From a virus (taxonomy: Duplodnaviria > Caudoviricetes), in IMG/VR virus record IMGVR_UViG_3300003690_000009, positions 1-58,155 of that record: 58,155 nt of DNA. One strand, given 5' to 3'. Positions within the stretch are counted from its first letter, which is position 1; each line of letters begins with the position of its first letter. Below are positions 22,785-33,900 of the stretch, piece after piece. Made by a program: the position numbers and the translations under genes. The notes below the pieces were generated by a model. The model did not search any database. It saw only the letters and a program-made list of their open reading frames with translations, and was not told the origin of the DNA.

Positions 22785-25700
22785 TTAGTTATAATACAGG
22801 GTCACCCAAACGGTGTCACCCGCAACAAAAGACAGCGTCGCGTCATCCATTTGGATCTGGTTGTCGGTAATCGTCGCGGCCCCACAGTATTCGGGACTGT
22901 GGTCTCGCCCACTACATGGATATGCTATAGACACACTGGTGTCATAGTATATAAACGAAGACCCTCTCACGTCAGACGAGTCAATCGTTGTAGTCATCCT
23001 GACGAAACCATTCGACACATCAGTTGCATCAATGACTCGACTAAAGATACCCACATTCCACGCAGCCCCGGCTCCTGCATCTATTCCACCCGTGGCCGTT
23101 AACGTAGAATCCAGCGTGACGGCTCCAGTGGCCCGAAACGTGCCATTCAGATCGAGCTTATAGGTCGGGGTGGTATCATTTATCCCGACGTTGCCTCCCG
23201 TTTCCCAGGTCATTACATCGGACTCGTTCGCCTGATCGTGGACATTGAGATAAGCATCCGCCCCCATCATCCCGATACGCCATTTGAGAGAGTCCGCTGT
23301 ACGCCAATGGACGTTTGCGTCATAGCTGGTACTCCCACGGTCGAGGGCAATGTTCGCGTGGTTGCTTCCGTCCACCCCGACATAGGCATTGGTGTCCGAA
23401 ACCGTCAGCGTATCTACTGGAGTCGCCGTACCGATGCCGACCCGATTCTCCCCCCCGTCCACGAAGAGCATTGCACCATTCGCATTGGACTCCACCCTAA
23501 AGTCTATATTCGCACTGGGATCATTGATAATGACTCCCGTGGAATCGATCCGTAGTCCCTCAACCATTGGCGGTGCGTAGCCCATAACTAGTGCCCCAGC
23601 AACCGTGCCCACCCCGTGGCTCGTCCATTGCGTGCCGATGAATGGGCCGCGATCAGTTATAAGCCCGTTTGTATCCTGCGTAATAAAGGAGAGGAAACTA
23701 TAATTATCGTTCGTTGTGTTGGTATTCAGGATCTGTACGGCTTGATTGTCGCCACCATTGATCGTTGTGTTGGCATTGAGATGTGCCACTCTTAAAACTG
23801 TTGGTCCGGGCATCGAAGCAGTGGAAGAAGTGTTGATTAAGACAGCATCCTCACCCGCGTCCACGATGAACATACCCGATTCAGTGTTTCCCTCAATGCG
23901 GAAGTTGTTATCATTGCCGTTCTCATTAAATACTGATGCCCCATTTAATACGGTGAAGGCAAGCTCTGCCGTTATAGCGCCCGTGGCCCGAAACGTGCCA
24001 TTCACATGGAGACGGTCCGTGGGTACGTTTTCATTGATGCCGACGTTGCCATCTGCGCCATGAACAAACACAGCAGCAGAGTTTGAATCCGACTCGATAC
24101 GGAAGTCCGCGTCTATGCCCCCCTCGTTGAACACGACATTGTTTGTAAGGCCATAGAACACAGCGGCCACGCCCATCCCCGAGCCAGCATTCCATATTTC
24201 CAAGTCCTCCGTTGCATTACCTATCTGCCCCTTCATGCCGACAGCCCACTTCGTCGATGTGTTTACATTAAAGAAAACACTAGTATCAGTATTGTTATTA
24301 TTTGACGATCCAGTATGCGATCCAATATAGAGATACCCACTTGTCCCCGTCGTCCCAGATGATCCACCCGTATTCCCATCTTTATCAATCAGGGTATCTC
24401 CTGCGATGGTGAGTAATCTGAGAGGTGCGGTTTCACCGATGCCGACCCGATCCGTGGACGCATCTACAAACAGAAGATTCTGGTCGGTGTCTCCCTCAAC
24501 CCGAAAATCAACACCGGCTCCAGCGTCGTTGAAGACCGCTGCACCGACGACAGCAAGCGTCCCATCCAGCGTGGTGGCTCCTGCGACAGCAAGCGTCCCA
24601 TCCAACGTGGTGGCTCCTGTCGCCCGGAAGGTACCATTCAGATCGAGCTTATAGGTCGGAGTGGTATCATTGATCCCGATATTACCGTCATTCTTCCAGG
24701 TAAATATATCGCTATCCAGAGAGTCCACGTAGACGTTGAGAATGTCGTCTGCTGCCATCTGGCCGAGGCGGAAGTTGGCCGTCGCTCCGTTCGTTGCCCA
24801 CTTGATCCCAGTGTCGTAACTGGTATTTGTCCGATCCAGGGTAACCGATGAGTGGTTGCCATCAATCCAGACATACGCATTATTGGTTACCGTATCGCCA
24901 ATCGTGACAGTTGCGTCTTGGAGAGTGTCTGTTCCAAGGCCGATTTTATCAGACGCTCCATTTATGAAGAACATCGTCGCGTTGTCATCAGACTCTATGC
25001 GGAAATCCAAGGCATTACTGCCATCATTGAAGACCCCGCCACCGTCCACCGTGAGAGAATCGGTCGAGGCGATGTAGGTCAGACCCGCATCCCCCTCAAA
25101 CGCTCCGCTGTCATTGTATTGCACCTGCGTATCGGAGCCACCAGGGCTGGAGCTAGAGCCTACCGGCACTCCCCAGGTATTGTCACCACGCAGAAAGGTG
25201 GTGGTGGAAGCGGTGCCCGAGCCGAGGTTGGCCGTCCCGATGACCGTGTCGAAGGTTGCGGCCCCGGTCACACGGAAGGTGCCGTTGACATCGAGGTTGT
25301 ATGAGGGACTAGAGTCCAGGATGCCGATGAAACCGCCATTCGCCACAGTGAAAACTTCTACAGTTGTATCGAATATATTGACTATATCCCCTGTTCCATC
25401 CTGCCTAACATACAGGGGTATTGCTGTTGTGCTGGCGTAGTCTTGAATGATTTCTACAATATTTCCTGTGTGAGTGGTTTCATTTGAAGTAAACCGAGCC
25501 ACTGTTCCACTAGTCATAGTATCTGATGTTGGACCCACCGTCAGGATCGTGCCGGTTGTTACATCGGTAGTGACGATCTGGAACCTTGAATTAGGTATCG
25601 ATGTCCCCACCCCGAAATCGCCTGCTGCCGTGACCCGCAGTCGTTCAGATCCGTTCGTAGCGAAGATCATGTAGTCGCTTAATTCATTGCCAGTGATATA

Positions 25701-25928
25701 GTTGTTGGTCCCTCCCCACTCGATAGGCTGATTATTCGACAAGCGAACGGTACCCTCCAGCGTGGAGTTTCCAGTCACCGTCAGCGTCGAGAACACCCCA
25801 GGCCCACCACTCGACGACCCAGTACCGCCAGACACCCAGACACCCCTCCTGCCTGGGTCAGGAAGCTGCGCGCTAAGTGATGTCACACACAACAACACAC
25901 CAATACATGCACAGAGAAACCGTTTCAT
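22785..25928 (-). CDS. Long tail-fibre-like beta-rich protein with signal-peptide-like N-terminus
   Basis: Repeats of GNVGINDTTPTYKLDLNGTFRATGA and DFRIES...FVD...RVGIG; begins MKRFLCACIGVLLCVTSLSAQ. Confidence 0.8.
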   Translation of the reverse strand: MKRFLCACIGVLLCVTSLSAQLPDPGRRGVWVSGGTGSSSGGPGVFSTLTVTGNSTLEGTVRLSNNQPIEWGGTNNYITGNELSDYMIFATNGSERLRVTAAGDFGVGTSIPNSRFQIVTTDVTTGTILTVGPTSDTMTSGTVARFTSNETTHTGNIVEIIQDYASTTAIPLYVRQDGTGDIVNIFDTTVEVFTVANGGFIGILDSSPSYNLDVNGTFRVTGAATFDTVIGTANLGSGTASTTTFLRGDNTWGVPVGSSSSPGGSDTQVQYNDSGAFEGDAGLTYIASTDSLTVDGGGVFNDGSNALDFRIESDDNATMFFINGASDKIGLGTDTLQDATVTIGDTVTNNAYVWIDGNHSSVTLDRTNTSYDTGIKWATNGATANFRLGQMAADDILNVYVDSLDSDIFTWKNDGNIGINDTTPTYKLDLNGTFRATGATTLDGTLAVAGATTLDGTLAVVGAAVFNDAGAGVDFRVEGDTDQNLLFVDASTDRVGIGETAPLRLLTIAGDTLIDKDGNTGGSSGTTGTSGYLYIGSHTGSSNNNNTDTSVFFNVNTSTKWAVGMKGQIGNATEDLEIWNAGSGMGVAAVFYGLTNNVVFNEGGIDADFRIESDSNSAAVFVHGADGNVGINENVPTDRLHVNGTFRATGAITAELAFTVLNGASVFNENGNDNNFRIEGNTESGMFIVDAGEDAVLINTSSTASMPGPTVLRVAHLNANTTINGGDNQAVQILNTNTTNDNYSFLSFITQDTNGLITDRGPFIGTQWTSHGVGTVAGALVMGYAPPMVEGLRIDSTGVIINDPSANIDFRVESNANGAMLFVDGGENRVGIGTATPVDTLTVSDTNAYVGVDGSNHANIALDRGSTSYDANVHWRTADSLKWRIGMMGADAYLNVHDQANESDVMTWETGGNVGINDTTPTYKLDLNGTFRATGAVTLDSTLTATGGIDAGAGAAWNVGIFSRVIDATDVSNGFVRMTTTIDSSDVRGSSFIYYDTSVSIAYPCSGRDHSPEYCGAATITDNQIQMDDATLSFVAGDTVWVTLYYN

Positions 25929-25933
25929 GATAA

Positions 25934-26299
25934 TCACCCAGTCACTGGCTGTCGCCAGCAATGAATTTGTAGTGAGACGTCAGTCGCGTCGTCCCGGATA
26001 AATCGAATCGCCACCGCTTGCTCCGTGTTATCTATGGAAATCGTCTCCCCACTGGACGCAACCACACCCACCGAGGTGGTCGGCGCCGTCCCGTCAAAAC
26101 GATACCGGAGGTTCGCGCCATCCACGTAAAGCGTACAGAAGTTGTTCTGCGAGCCCTGTCCGGAAGGCCGGATCGTGGTCGCGGTGATTCCCACGGAGGT
26201 TGTGGATACCGTGAGATCCTCAAAGGTCGCGGCCCGCTGCCCAGCCGCACTGGACGCCAGCGCCAGCAGCACTCCACACAATATGAGTATTCGTGTCAT
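25934..26299 (-). CDS. Small beta-rich virion-region protein with signal-peptide-like N-terminus
   Basis: MTRILILCGVLLALASSAAGQ, then LRYRFDGTAPTTSVG. Confidence 0.75.
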   Translation of the reverse strand: MTRILILCGVLLALASSAAGQRAATFEDLTVSTTSVGITATTIRPSGQGSQNNFCTLYVDGANLRYRFDGTAPTTSVGVVASSGETISIDNTEQAVAIRFIRDDATDVSLQIHCWRQPVTG

Positions 26300-26309
26300 C
26301 GATCGCTCC

Positions 26310-27197
26310 TTAAAACTTCACGCGCGTGATCACGCTCCCAGTGTAGGTGATACCACCAGCAGCTGCCGACGCATTTTCGCCCGTTATCTTCAACTCCAAA
26401 GCCGTGGTATCCAAGTTAGATACGGTGAACGCTGCCGCTGTGACATCTGCATCGAATTCCCCAGACCCGCCAGTGGTTCCCACCTGAATGAAGCCATTCA
26501 TATCCACAGTAGTGCTTGTCAGCCGTATGATTCTGCCGTGGGCAATAAATTGCTCAAGTTGAGCCGTGATATTCACACCATTATCCAGATACATATGGCC
26601 GCCAAAAGACAATCTCAATTCGCGAATCCCCCCAGTGGTGGCGTACTCTCCGAAGTACCAGACATCGAGATAATCCCCATTGGTGAACAGGGTGCCTGCT
26701 GGCACCGTAAAGGTACGCAAAAGCGTCTCAACGGTACTTGCTGGAGTCTCGGATTCTGTGCTGTCCTGGTCGATGCAGCGCGTCACCGTCTCGGTCGTGA
26801 CCGACCCCCCAACCACCAGCCAGTTCGTCCCATCCGACACGATCGTCAGGCTCGCATACTGCTGGGACAACGCCCAGGTCAGGCGCCCGTCAATGGTTTC
26901 CGCGCCATTCCCGTCCACGGTGACCGTGTTCGTGCTGCCATCCGTGCGCTTCACCGTCACCACGGCCCCGTCATTGCTCCCCGCCGTATAGAGGTCGATG
27001 GTGACGTTCCCGTCCCCAGCATTGACCAGCAGGAGCCCGTCATTGACCGTCACCTCATACGGGGTGTCGGCGTAGACGACCGAGGTGGCGTCGAGCCGCA
27101 TCCCGGTGCCCGACAACTCCAGATCCCACTGTACGTCACTGCCGCCGAGGGTGCCGTCGATCCGAAGATTCTGCTTCAGCGCGCTACGTCGTCCCAT
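26310..27197 (-). CDS. Tail-associated protein
   Basis: Thr/Gly-rich; NTVTVDGNGAETIDG...VSDGTNW fibre-domain motif. Confidence 0.7.
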   Translation of the reverse strand: MGRRSALKQNLRIDGTLGGSDVQWDLELSGTGMRLDATSVVYADTPYEVTVNDGLLLVNAGDGNVTIDLYTAGSNDGAVVTVKRTDGSTNTVTVDGNGAETIDGRLTWALSQQYASLTIVSDGTNWLVVGGSVTTETVTRCIDQDSTESETPASTVETLLRTFTVPAGTLFTNGDYLDVWYFGEYATTGGIRELRLSFGGHMYLDNGVNITAQLEQFIAHGRIIRLTSTTVDMNGFIQVGTTGGSGEFDADVTAAAFTVSNLDTTALELKITGENASAAAGGITYTGSVITRVKF

Positions 27198-27208
27198 TTA
27201 CCCATCTC

Positions 27209-27907
27209 CTACGCCACGCATTCCAGGGTCACTCCCCACGCGAACGCATAATTCAACGCATTATTGCTGGACATCTTGATCCCGTAATTCTGGACCCCCG
27301 AGCCGGTCCAGGTAATCGCCCCGGCGGTGACCTCCATGGCGCCCACCTGACTCGTGGACGTCAACGTCCCGTTGGTCAGGGGCGTCGTGTCGCCACTTGA
27401 TAAATTTACCACGCTGACGGTGACGGTGGGGGTGGACGTGGTCCCATCCACGCGCAGCATCCCCCGCAACCGCCAGGTTTGCCCTGAAAATTCAGCCGGA
27501 TCAACCGTCACGACGCCCGATCCGGGCAGCAGCTTGTCAGACGTGGTCCCGGCCGCAAACCCCGTCGCATTATCACCCACGGCGTTGGTCCCATACAGCG
27601 GGAGGCGCCGGGTCTTCACCACCGCCGCCAGTTCGGTGCTCTGCACGTTGTCCGCTGTATACACCTCCACATCCGCAGACGTGTGGAGCACGAACTTGTA
27701 GCTCAGTGCCTGCACGTACACCTTCGCCATCCCGGCCGCGTTGAGCACCACCGGATTCGCATTCGCGGTCACGCCCGGCGCATCCGCATACGTCGTCAGC
27801 GCCGAGGTCGTGCCCGCCGTGTAGGTGTAGAGCTTGCCACTCGGAACCGGGTCGCCGGAACTGTCGAGCCCGACGAACAGCGGTGAGGGCATTACCGTAT
27901 AAGCCAT
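27209..27907 (-). CDS. Tail protein with head-binding-type N-terminal domain
   Basis: DSSGDPVPSGKLYTYTAGTT...TY.D...ANPVVLNAAG...YKFVL. Confidence 0.75.
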   Translation of the reverse strand: MAYTVMPSPLFVGLDSSGDPVPSGKLYTYTAGTTSALTTYADAPGVTANANPVVLNAAGMAKVYVQALSYKFVLHTSADVEVYTADNVQSTELAAVVKTRRLPLYGTNAVGDNATGFAAGTTSDKLLPGSGVVTVDPAEFSGQTWRLRGMLRVDGTTSTPTVTVSVVNLSSGDTTPLTNGTLTSTSQVGAMEVTAGAITWTGSGVQNYGIKMSSNNALNYAFAWGVTLECVA

Positions 27908-27922
27908 GTTGTGCTCCCCGTG

Positions 27923-30900
27923 CTAGGGCTGCGGGTCTCCGGACCGTCGCCCAATACTCTCAAATGGTTCATTCCGGCGCCTGTTAAAACTCTCCATCAC
28001 GTCCTCTGAGAGCAGCGTGGTACCCTGCAACGCGCGATAGAAGACGTCGAATTCCTCTTCGGTGCCGCGCTTCCTCGCGGCATCCACCATGCGATGCAAA
28101 TACCCAACCTTGAGGCTATTTCTCGCCAAACTGTCAAAGGCTCTGAAAAAATGCTGATGCTCTCCCGTGTTGAGGGCTATCCTCTCCCGAAGGGCTCGTT
28201 CCATGGAATTCCGTTGTGCCGCTAGCATTCCATCGGAAAAGAGATCCGGTGCCTCCTCTTCCAGGCGGCTGATCGCCTCATCTAGCTGGTTGAAAATCGC
28301 ACCCTCACGTTGGTTGAGGGATGTCTCCAAGACGTTCTTCAGGGCAACCGTAATTTCATCGCGTATGCGGTTACGCCGTTCCACCACAGGCGCATTCGCT
28401 ATCTGCGCCTCACGATCCGTCGCCTCTTCCTCGCCGTACGACGAGAAGCGAACAAAGCGGCCAAGCACGTTATACGCGAGGGGCGCCTCAAAGATCCTCT
28501 GTAAAACTCCCGGCGCATCCGGTCCCTCACTGGGTTTACTAAACCACCGAGCTTTACTCATGATCTGCCCGAAACCCATTTGCCGGAATTCATACGAGAT
28601 CAATGTCTTGAGGCGTTTCCAGCGTCCGTAGCCCTCCTGCAACAACATCTCTTCACGGCTGAACACACCACGCTGACGGAACGGATCGTACGGATTCTCG
28701 CCCTTGAGCACAGCGGTCACATCCGCAAGAAACCCAAAAACAGGAATCGCTGTGGGAACCTGTCCGGACGTATAGGCCGCCACGGCCTGCACCGTCTTCC
28801 ACACCTCTATGTCCCCTGCCATGAGACCGCCCCTGAGCATGTTCCACGTAATCGCACCAATCACGCGACCCGTATCATCCTGTGGGAGACGCAGGTGCAT
28901 CACCTCTCCCGTATCCGTTCGCATCATCGGGATGATGAAAAAATTCGTTTTGGCGTATGCCGGAACCGAGCGCATGAAATCCGACAGCTGTTTCTTATAG
29001 CGATCCACCGGACGCATATCACCTGCCGCAACCCCAAATATGCCACCAGCAATCAGGCCCGGCACACCACCCACCGTCGCGCCGACCGTCCCCCAAAACC
29101 CAGCATCCTTGAGCTTGTCCCACATCTCTTCATCGTCGTCGTCAGCCTTGCCCCACCATCCCAGCGTCGCGGCCATCATCATGACCTTGGGCAATACCGT
29201 CATCCGCGCCGTCTTCCACAAATACCCAGACCGCGTCTCGGACTCCGTCATCGTTTTGATGTCACTGCGCCAGCCCTGGATAATGGCGTTGGAGAACAGG
29301 AACAGATTATTCGTCAGCGGCTTCCACGTTCCACCCGCCAGGAAGTCCGGACTCCCCACGCGCTCCCGAATGAACGCCCGCTCCTGTTCAGTCAGGTCCG
29401 CAATGCTACGGTCTACCGTAAAGTGATGTATCGCGGCGGCCTTGGGCAACGTCTCAACAAAGTCCCCAATGGACGAGACCCAGTTCGCATACCCAACAAT
29501 CGCGCGCGGGATAATCGACCGCTTTTCTGGCTCCGGACTCAGCATCCCTCCTTGCTTGAGCAACCGTTCCATCTCGGCATCTTGAATGTTTCCGGCGCCC
29601 GGCTCAAAGCCACGCCCGATGTTCGCCATGGTGGCGGACAGGATGCGTCCCTGATAGCTTCCCTGCAACTCCTCAAATGCTGCCAGCTGTCGTTCTGTGG
29701 GCGGTTTGCCCTTCTTGAGTAGCCCAAACGCGCGCCTCCGGCCCTCCGTGGGGAGCCCATAAGCGCGCACCCGTCCCACCGTGCGGGCGCCCCAGTACAG
29801 CCTCACCGCCTTAAAGACCGACACGCTGCGACGTTTGCCGCCGCGCAGTCCCCTGTGTGACATGGCCTTCCAGAATCGGAAGAAGTCACGAATGAGGTTG
29901 TATCCCTGGAATCCCAAATTGGCCGTCGTGAACATCGGACGGAACCAAGTATTGTTCATCTTTTCAAGGATCTTGATGGCCGCATTTTGATGGCCGATGG
30001 AATCATTGTTCAGGGATTGTGCAACATACAGATCCACCCAGACGCCCTTGACCTTGCCCTTCTCGTAATACTTCACCAGCCCCCACGTCACCTTGTCGAG
30101 TGGCGACGTCGGAGGTTGCGGCACGGGAACTCCATTCACCGTGCTGATCGGGGCCGCTTTCACCTCATCAGCGAAGAACTTATTCAGAAACCGCAGTCCG
30201 GCCGACTTGATCTTTTGGCGCTCTACCGCCTGCAAGACCAACAGCGTCTTCATCATGGTGGAATCCGCCGGATTGGCAACAGCCTGGATGGTGCCAACTT
30301 GATGATGGACCCGCGCATCCAGCGCCTTATCCATGTGCTCCACGACACGGAACGTGGCATACGCCGGGTTCGCCATCATTTGCTCATACATCTCATCGCT
30401 GTAGAGCCCTGCCTGATGCGCTTTTTCGGTGACGGTGTTCACTGCTGTGCGGAGCAACTGAATCTGCTCTCGCAGGAACACCTGTTCCTCCTTGGTCATC
30501 GGTATAAATTCACCGTCCGGCCCACGCCGAAACGTCTCGATCATGTGGTCGTACTGTTCCTGGGCACGCGCTCCACTCAATCCATGCGGGTTGGCAATGC
30601 CGCCCCGGTCACCTTCCGTCATACGCTCAAACTCCAGCGCCATTCCGAAAACCTCCCAGGCGTGGTGTCCGAACCTGTTGTCGTTCAACGTACTCTTGAC
30701 CAAGGCTGTGAGTATCGGCTGAAAGTATTCATCCGAGAACGCCTTGGTGATGCTCCCGATATAGCTCCTGGCTGACAGCAGGTGCCGAATATCAAAATCT
30801 TCAGAGACGGCATGGCGCCCCAGCCGCTTCATCGTCTTGACTATACGGTCAATCATTGCGGCATTATTATCGACAAACGCCACGCGCATCCATGTCCAGA

Positions 30901-33900
30901 CGTCCCATTGCATGGCCTTGACACGAGCCGCCATTGCCTCCGACGCCTCCATAATCACCTCAAACGAGCGCCGGTATCCCCTCACGATGTTAATGTTGAC
31001 CGCGTCAAGCATGTCCTCTCTGATGCCACCCAAGAGCGCTTGGATGTCAAAAAAGGCTCTCTCTATCTCGGGGGCGGCTTTCAACTCTTTGAAGAATTGC
31101 CTGTAGAACTTCGGTGCATAGGTGGAAAACACCCCCGGATTCACCAGAATGCCTGAAATTGCATCGGCGTACAACTCCACCGCGCTGTTCCGGTAGCGTT
31201 TATACGCGGGCGAAGGATTGTCAGGCCACGGGCGCCACTTCGCTGAAAACTCTATCAGTTCTTTACGCAATTCCGCGTTCGTGATGATCGTGCCCTCCTG
31301 CGAGACGAACGTCCCTTTCATGTGGTTCTTTAATTTCCTGAGACGGCCTATCAGATTCCCTCGACTCAACTGCCCCTCTTCAAGCCAGTCCACGACGTGC
31401 CCGATCTCATGCGCCAGCACCCGCGCCAGTTCAATAGCCTGTCCCGGCTCTTTTCCTGTCTCAAACAAGTCCGCGAGGAGCGTGATCCGTTGTCGTTTGG
31501 GACTAAACGTCCCGAGCGTCCCCGCCTTCCCCCTCAATCGCTTGACGATAGCAATGATCTCTTTGTCGGGCCTTCCCAGAAGCTCCCTGACGAGACTGAT
31601 CATTTCCGGCAACTCCAGCGGTTGAATCATCTCCCGACGCTGTTCCTCACCTGTCCGCTTGTCCTCACCTGTCCGCTGTGCCTCGGCCAGATCCAGCAGC
31701 GTCTGTGTTTCCGAGACGGCCGGTCCAGCACTCGGCCGATCCATCGTGGCCTTGCCCAGCGCATCCTTGTAGAGCGCCGCTATCTCATTCTCGTAATCAG
31801 ACAACTGCTCTAAGAGGTCTCCCCATTCTTCCCGGAGCACCTGCATGAATTCGGACTCGCTCAGATACTTCCCGGTCTCCTGGAACCTGGCCCCCAAGTA
31901 GCCGACAGACCACTGAGTCAGAGCCAACAGTATTTTCGCCGCCTCCGTTGGGTCCACCAACGCATGCAGGCGCGTGGGGTCACCCAGGCGCTTCATGGCC
32001 TCCGCCATGGTCTCCTCGGCATCCTCCTGCATCTGCTCAAACAGCCCAGGCTCCACGGGCGTCCGTGTCGCGGCTTCCCCGGTCAGCGCGAACGGCGCCT
32101 CCGCCACCTTGGTCTCTGCCGCCTCGGTCGGCATCTCGACGCCCGGCAGCAGCGGATCGTCCCGCACCACCTCAAAGCCCCCGTCCTCAAACGCCTTCAC
32201 CTGCTCCTCGACGGTGGTCTCGGCCAGGTCTGCGACCTGCGCGACGTCACTGTAGCTGACGCGCTTCCCCTCGACATCCAGGGTGGGGGTCGTTCTGATC
32301 GCGCGCAGCAGCGACAGGTTGAACAACTCCTTCAGATTGGCGGTGGCCTGAGACATGAACCCTGGCAAGTCCTTCGCCATGGCATCTCGCCAGCGAGAAT
32401 ACAACTCCGATGACTGATGCACGCCGGAGATCACGAGCTTGGCGATCTTGACAGCCCCGATGGTCACGATCGGACTCAGAATCGACAGGTCAACTCCCGC
32501 CGTGATCTGCGTCCCTCCCGTGAGTTGCTTTAGCTTCGCCTTGAGCTTTACTGTTTGCTCTTTCTCTATGGCTTCAAAAAAGCCCAGCAGCGTCTTGGCC
32601 CCCGTCCCTTCCTTCTCCGTCCCGAGAAAGGGCATCCCCAGAGCGATGATCGACTCTTGCATCTCGGGCGTGATCGGCATGGAATGAACGGTTTCCCACG
32701 TTGCAGGCTCCGGCTCTCCGCGTGTGGGATACTCTTCACTCCATGCTGAAGGTACGTCTTTGGTCATCACCTCGGCGTCGGAGACGGTCGAACGCCACGG
32801 CTTGCCGAACTTATTCATCAGCCGGACCAGCATCTTGTCGTAGAACTCTGCCATGCCCGTCTTGTCGATTCGGATACCCTTTCCCTCAAAAAAGCCTGTC
32901 TCCTCCTTCGACGTGAGCACATCATTCGCCATCGCCCGCCCGATGGCATCCGGAAGCATCTCTCTGGAAAACTTCTTGGTAGCAACTGTCTCCCATAATT
33001 GAGCAGCCGGTCCCTCTGCTAGAACCCTCTCGCCACCTACCCACACGCTGCCCCCAGTCACATCCGACACCGCCCCCGGATGTCGTTGCCCCTCCACGCG
33101 AATTTTGCCATCAGGGGTTTTCGTCCAGGTAATCCGGTCGAACTTTTCACGCAGTCGGCTCTCCCAGCGCTCCACCTGCTGGATGCCGGTCGTCCAGGCA
33201 ATCGCATCGACGCCCTCGGACGCGGCAAAGTGCAGCATCCGACGCATCCCCAGTTCCGCCCAGCTGGTCTTGAACGGCGCATCCGGCACCCGATCGGCCG
33301 CAAATTCACGCGGTGCATCAGCCAGTTCAACCCGATCGTCAGCTATCGCGCGAGACAACTCGCGCTGGACCCGACGACGCACGATGGCCTTCGCCGCAGC
33401 CTGCGCCCGGAACCCCCTGACCTCCGTGACGGTAGTTGCCAGTTGTTCCAGCGACGGTGACATCAACGCACGACGCGCGCCCCCCTGCACCTGTGCTTCA
33501 TCCTGGTAGGTGCGAAGGTCGTCAGCCAAAAGTATCGTTAATTGAGCAGCCGTTCTCTCTTCAATAGGCCCGGTCGGATGAATCCAATACTCTGCGTGCG
33601 GCGGGTGCGCGGGGTGGGGCGCTGGCGGAGGCACGGTCGGCACACCTGCGATCTCCTCAAATTCGGTCAGCTGGTCAATCGCCGTGTCCAATTCACTTGT
33701 CAGAGCCTCCGAGACCCACTGGGTGTAGGCACGTTCCTGGAGCGGGTGATCAAACTCCCATAGGATCTGTTTCCCCGTCTTGGTGACTGCTACCTTCAGT
33801 CCCGCTCCTGGAAGATCATAGATTTTTTGACGAAGCGACTCAACATTCGTGACTTCTTCCGATTCTGGAATTCGTACATACGAGGCATCGTCGGGAAGCC

